A stretch of DNA of 64,000 nt from Squalus acanthias (taxonomy: Eukaryota), in the NCBI GenBank assembly GCA_030390025.1, contig CM059432.1:143594001-143658000 (forward strand), in the 5' to 3' direction. Below are positions 61,128 through 64,000 of this stretch, piece after piece (position 1 is the stretch's first letter; every line of letters begins with the position of its first letter). Under the pieces are notes generated by a model that saw only the letters and a list, made by a program, of their open reading frames with translations, searched no databases and was not told the DNA's origin. The position numbers were made by a program, and so were the translations under genes.

Positions 61128-62334
61128 GTAAGTGAATAAATAACCCTGACTTAGTGTGAATTTAGCTGTGGATATAATTGACCAAATTACAAATGATAAA
61201 ATTATCCCTCTGAGCACAGGACAGGAATGCCTCAAAGTCACTACACCTCAAACAGTTTATGAAGCACTTCGAATTGTTCCTGTGTGAAAGGTATACGAAC
61301 GGAAGGATTATTATAAGTGGGTGGGGTTCCGGGGCTTTAATCCTCACATTACAGCACGCACAACGAGAATCCAAAAAAAAACACGCTCAAAGAGACAGAG
61401 TAAGATCCCACTCCCTGTACAACCCGCGCAGGCTGCTGGTAGAGCCGTGTAATCGAGTGTGAGTTATGAGCCAAGTTGTGCCTGACAATTATCTGCATCT
61501 GAGAGAAAGATCTTTCCACGTTGGGGACTAGTCACAGATAGTGTTGTGGTTCTGTTGCTGGGCTAGTAATCCAGTAGAACGTGAGTTCAGATCCCACCAT
61601 GGGCAGCTTGAGAAAATGAATTCATTTTTAAAAAATCAGTTAATAAAAAGCAGGTACCAGTGAAAGTGACCATGACGCTGTCGGATTGTCATAAAAACCC
61701 AACTGGATCACTAAAGTCCTTTTAGTGAAGGAAAGCTGCCGTCCTTACCCAGTCTGGGCCGATATGTGACTCCAGTCCCACACCCAATGTGGTTGACTCT
61801 TAACTGCCCCTCTGAAGTGGCCCAGCGAGAGCCCTCAGTCGTGGGCAACTAGTGATGGGCAATAAATGCCAGCCTTGCCAGTGGTGCCTGCATAAGTATT
61901 TAAATAAATAATGGCAACTGATCCTGCATTTTGAAGGGGTGAGCTACTGAGACACAGAGCAGTGGAAGATGAACTTGTGATCTTCAAAAGCCTGGGAAAA
62001 TAGTTTCTTGCACAAGGGGTCAGCAAACTTGCTCATGAAGAATCTTCCTGGAATTCAGTGCGGCACATGTCTGAGTTCTCCAGTTACAAAATGCCTCGGC
62101 ACATTTAGCTTTTCATCTTCTTTCCAAGTACAACATGCATTTGGTGAGTTTGTGCCTCTTTCCTTTTGAGAGACTCCACTGAATTGATGATTTTTTTTTA
62201 TTAAAGTGCCCACTGCTTTTCTAACGTTACGTAAGTTACATACGGGTGCTTCTGCGCAGTGGTTGGGCAAGGTGATTTGAATGATGCACAGTGTTTGCAG
62301 CAAGAATACGTTTGCCGAGAAGATTATCAGTAGC

Positions 62335-63726
62335 ACAGCATCCAGTGAGCCAGTGCATCCAGTGAGCCAGAGCATCCAGTGAGCCAGTGCATCCAGTGAG
62401 CCAGAGCCTCCAGTGAGCTAGAGCAGCCAGTGAGCCAGAGCATTCAGTGAGCCAGAGCATCCAGTGAGCCAGAGCCTCCAGTGAGCCAGAGCCTCCAGTG
62501 AGCCAGTGCCTCCAGTGAGCCAGAGCATCCAGTGAGCCAGTGCATCCAGTGAGCCAGAGCCTCCAGTGAGCCAGAGCACCCAGTGAGCCAGAGCATCCAG
62601 TGAGCCAGAGCCTCCAGTGAGCCAGAGCCTCCAGTGAGCCAGTGCATCCAGTGAGCCAGTGCATCCAGTGAGCCAGAGCCTCCAGTGAGCCAGTGCATCC
62701 AGTGAGCCAGTGCATCCAGTGAGCCAGTGCATCCAGTGAGCCAGTGCCTCCAGTGAGCCAGAGCATCCAGTGAGCCAGAGCCTCCAGTGAGCCAGTGCAT
62801 CCAGTGAGCCAGAGCCTCCAGTGAGCCAGAGCCGCCAGTGAGCCAGTGCATCCAGTGAGCCAGTGCATCCAGTGAGCCAGTGCATCCAGTGAGCCAGAGC
62901 CTCCAGTGAGCCAGAGCCGCCAGTGAGCCAGAGCCTCCAGTGAGCCAGAGCCGCCAGTGAGCCAGAGCCTTCAGTGAGCCAGAGCATCCAGTGAGCCAGA
63001 GCCTCCAGTGAGCCAGTGCATCCAGTGAGCCAGAGCCTCCAGTGAGCCAGAGCCGCCAGTGAGCCAGTGCATCCAGTGAGCCAGTGCATCCAGTGAGCCA
63101 GTGCATCCAGTGAGCCAGAGCCTCCAGTGAGCCAGAGCCGCCAGTGAGCCAGAGCATCCAGTGAGCCAGAGCATCCAGTGAGCCAGAGCATCAAGTGAGC
63201 CAGAGCATCCAGTGAGCCAGTGCCTCCAGTGAGCCAGTGCATCCAGTGAGCCAGTGCATCCAGTGAGCCAGAGCCTCCAGTGAGCCAGAGCCTCCAGTGA
63301 GCCAGAGCCTCCAGTGAGCCAGAGCATCCAGTGAGCCAGAGCCTCCAGTGAGCCAGAGCCTCCAGTGAGCCAGTGCATCCAGTGAGCCAGAGCCTCCAGC
63401 GAGCCAGAGCCGCCAGCGAGCCAGTGCATCCAGTGAGCCAGTGCATCCAGTGAGCCAGTACATCCAGTGAGCCAGAGCCTCCAGTGAGCCAGAGCATCCA
63501 GTGAGCCAGAGCATCCAGTGAGCCAGAGCATCCAGTGAGCCAGAGCCTCCAGTGAGCCAGTGCATCCAGTGAGCCAGAGCCACCAGTGAGCCAGAGCCTC
63601 CAGTGAGCCAGAGCCTCCAGTGAGCCAGAGCCTCCAGTGAGCCAGAGCATCCAGTGAGCCAGTGCATCCAGTGAGCCAGAGCCTCCAGTGAGCCAGTGCA
63701 TCCAGTGAGCCTGAGCCTCCAGTGAG
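62335..63726. repeat. 18-bp minisatellite, about 77 copies
   Basis: (ccagtgagccagWgcMt)n variants. Confidence 0.95.
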
Positions 63727-63863
63727 ACTTCTGTACCAGCTTGAAAGAACTAGGACCCTGAAAAGACACGTGTCACCTTTGTGTCTTTTAAATATTTGAA
63801 ACTGAAACATTTGTCGTTTGATAATTCAGCGTGACCTAATTATTGACTTTTCTTTAATTGTAG

Positions 63864-64000
63864 ATACAACATTTGTTGGATTCAAGGGTATGTGTTCCAG
63901 TGAGATGAATGTCATGTTTATCAGTAATCCTAAGAATGAAGATGTGCAGCACCCCATCATAGTGAAGGGAATCACCATTGTAGACAGTGAGGAGCGAGGG
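63864..64000 (+). CDS. PKHD1L1: PKHD1L1 exon 24 (runs off window end)
   Basis: tag|AT; TTFVGFKGMCSSEMNVMFISNPKNEDVQHPIIVKGI. Confidence 0.92.

Larger units (their letters stand above)
151..64000 (+). other. PKHD1L1: PKHD1L1 (fibrocystin-L) gene body, 24 internal coding exons, partial at both ends
   Basis: Spliced translation (IGTEYAPFRHKAIITLHGH...GQAFRLGRYPIHWHL...GPNQGSKVLGVFGGLDLHG...GRSGICWPTFAS...NEDVQHPI) follows vertebrate fibrocystin-L in order, as recalled; every junction is GT-AG and phase-compatible. Confidence 0.95.

Noticed and set aside
62236..63810. Trp-rich repeat ORFs on the minus strand
   Set aside because: Translation of the 18-bp minisatellite in all frames
151..64000. 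PKHD1, CEMIP or TMEM2 as alternative gene identity
   Set aside because: Motifs such as CPDGFDTGEFATQTC, GEEIGSDQ and GPNQGSKVLGVFG match recalled PKHD1L1 much better

Overview
This is a eukaryotic window, probably from a cartilaginous fish (shark), judging by its V-SINE, Deu-type SINE and CR1 content. It holds 24 consecutive + strand coding exons of PKHD1L1 (fibrocystin-L). All have GT-AG boundaries and compatible phases, and join into an uninterrupted 4122-nt (1374-codon) internal segment: end of G8 domain 1, PbH1 repeats, G8 domain 2, more PbH1 repeats. The gene continues beyond both window edges. Introns are packed with nested CR1/L2-type LINEs, SINEs, Harbinger-, hAT- and Tc1/pogo-type non-autonomous DNA elements, a decayed Harbinger Myb/SANT gene and several minisatellites. 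The 16.2-kb intron at 44815-61010 stands out. It contains a young Penelope-like element (RT + GIY-YIG, one frameshift) and five short remnants of two Penelope-like families, all inserted in CR1 DNA with long TSDs; two remnants are near-perfect palindromes. Together these carry seven minimal hammerhead-ribozyme motifs, five in the pre-mRNA sense, with compensatory base changes between copies. Family assignments come from motif recognition and recalled sequences, not database searches.
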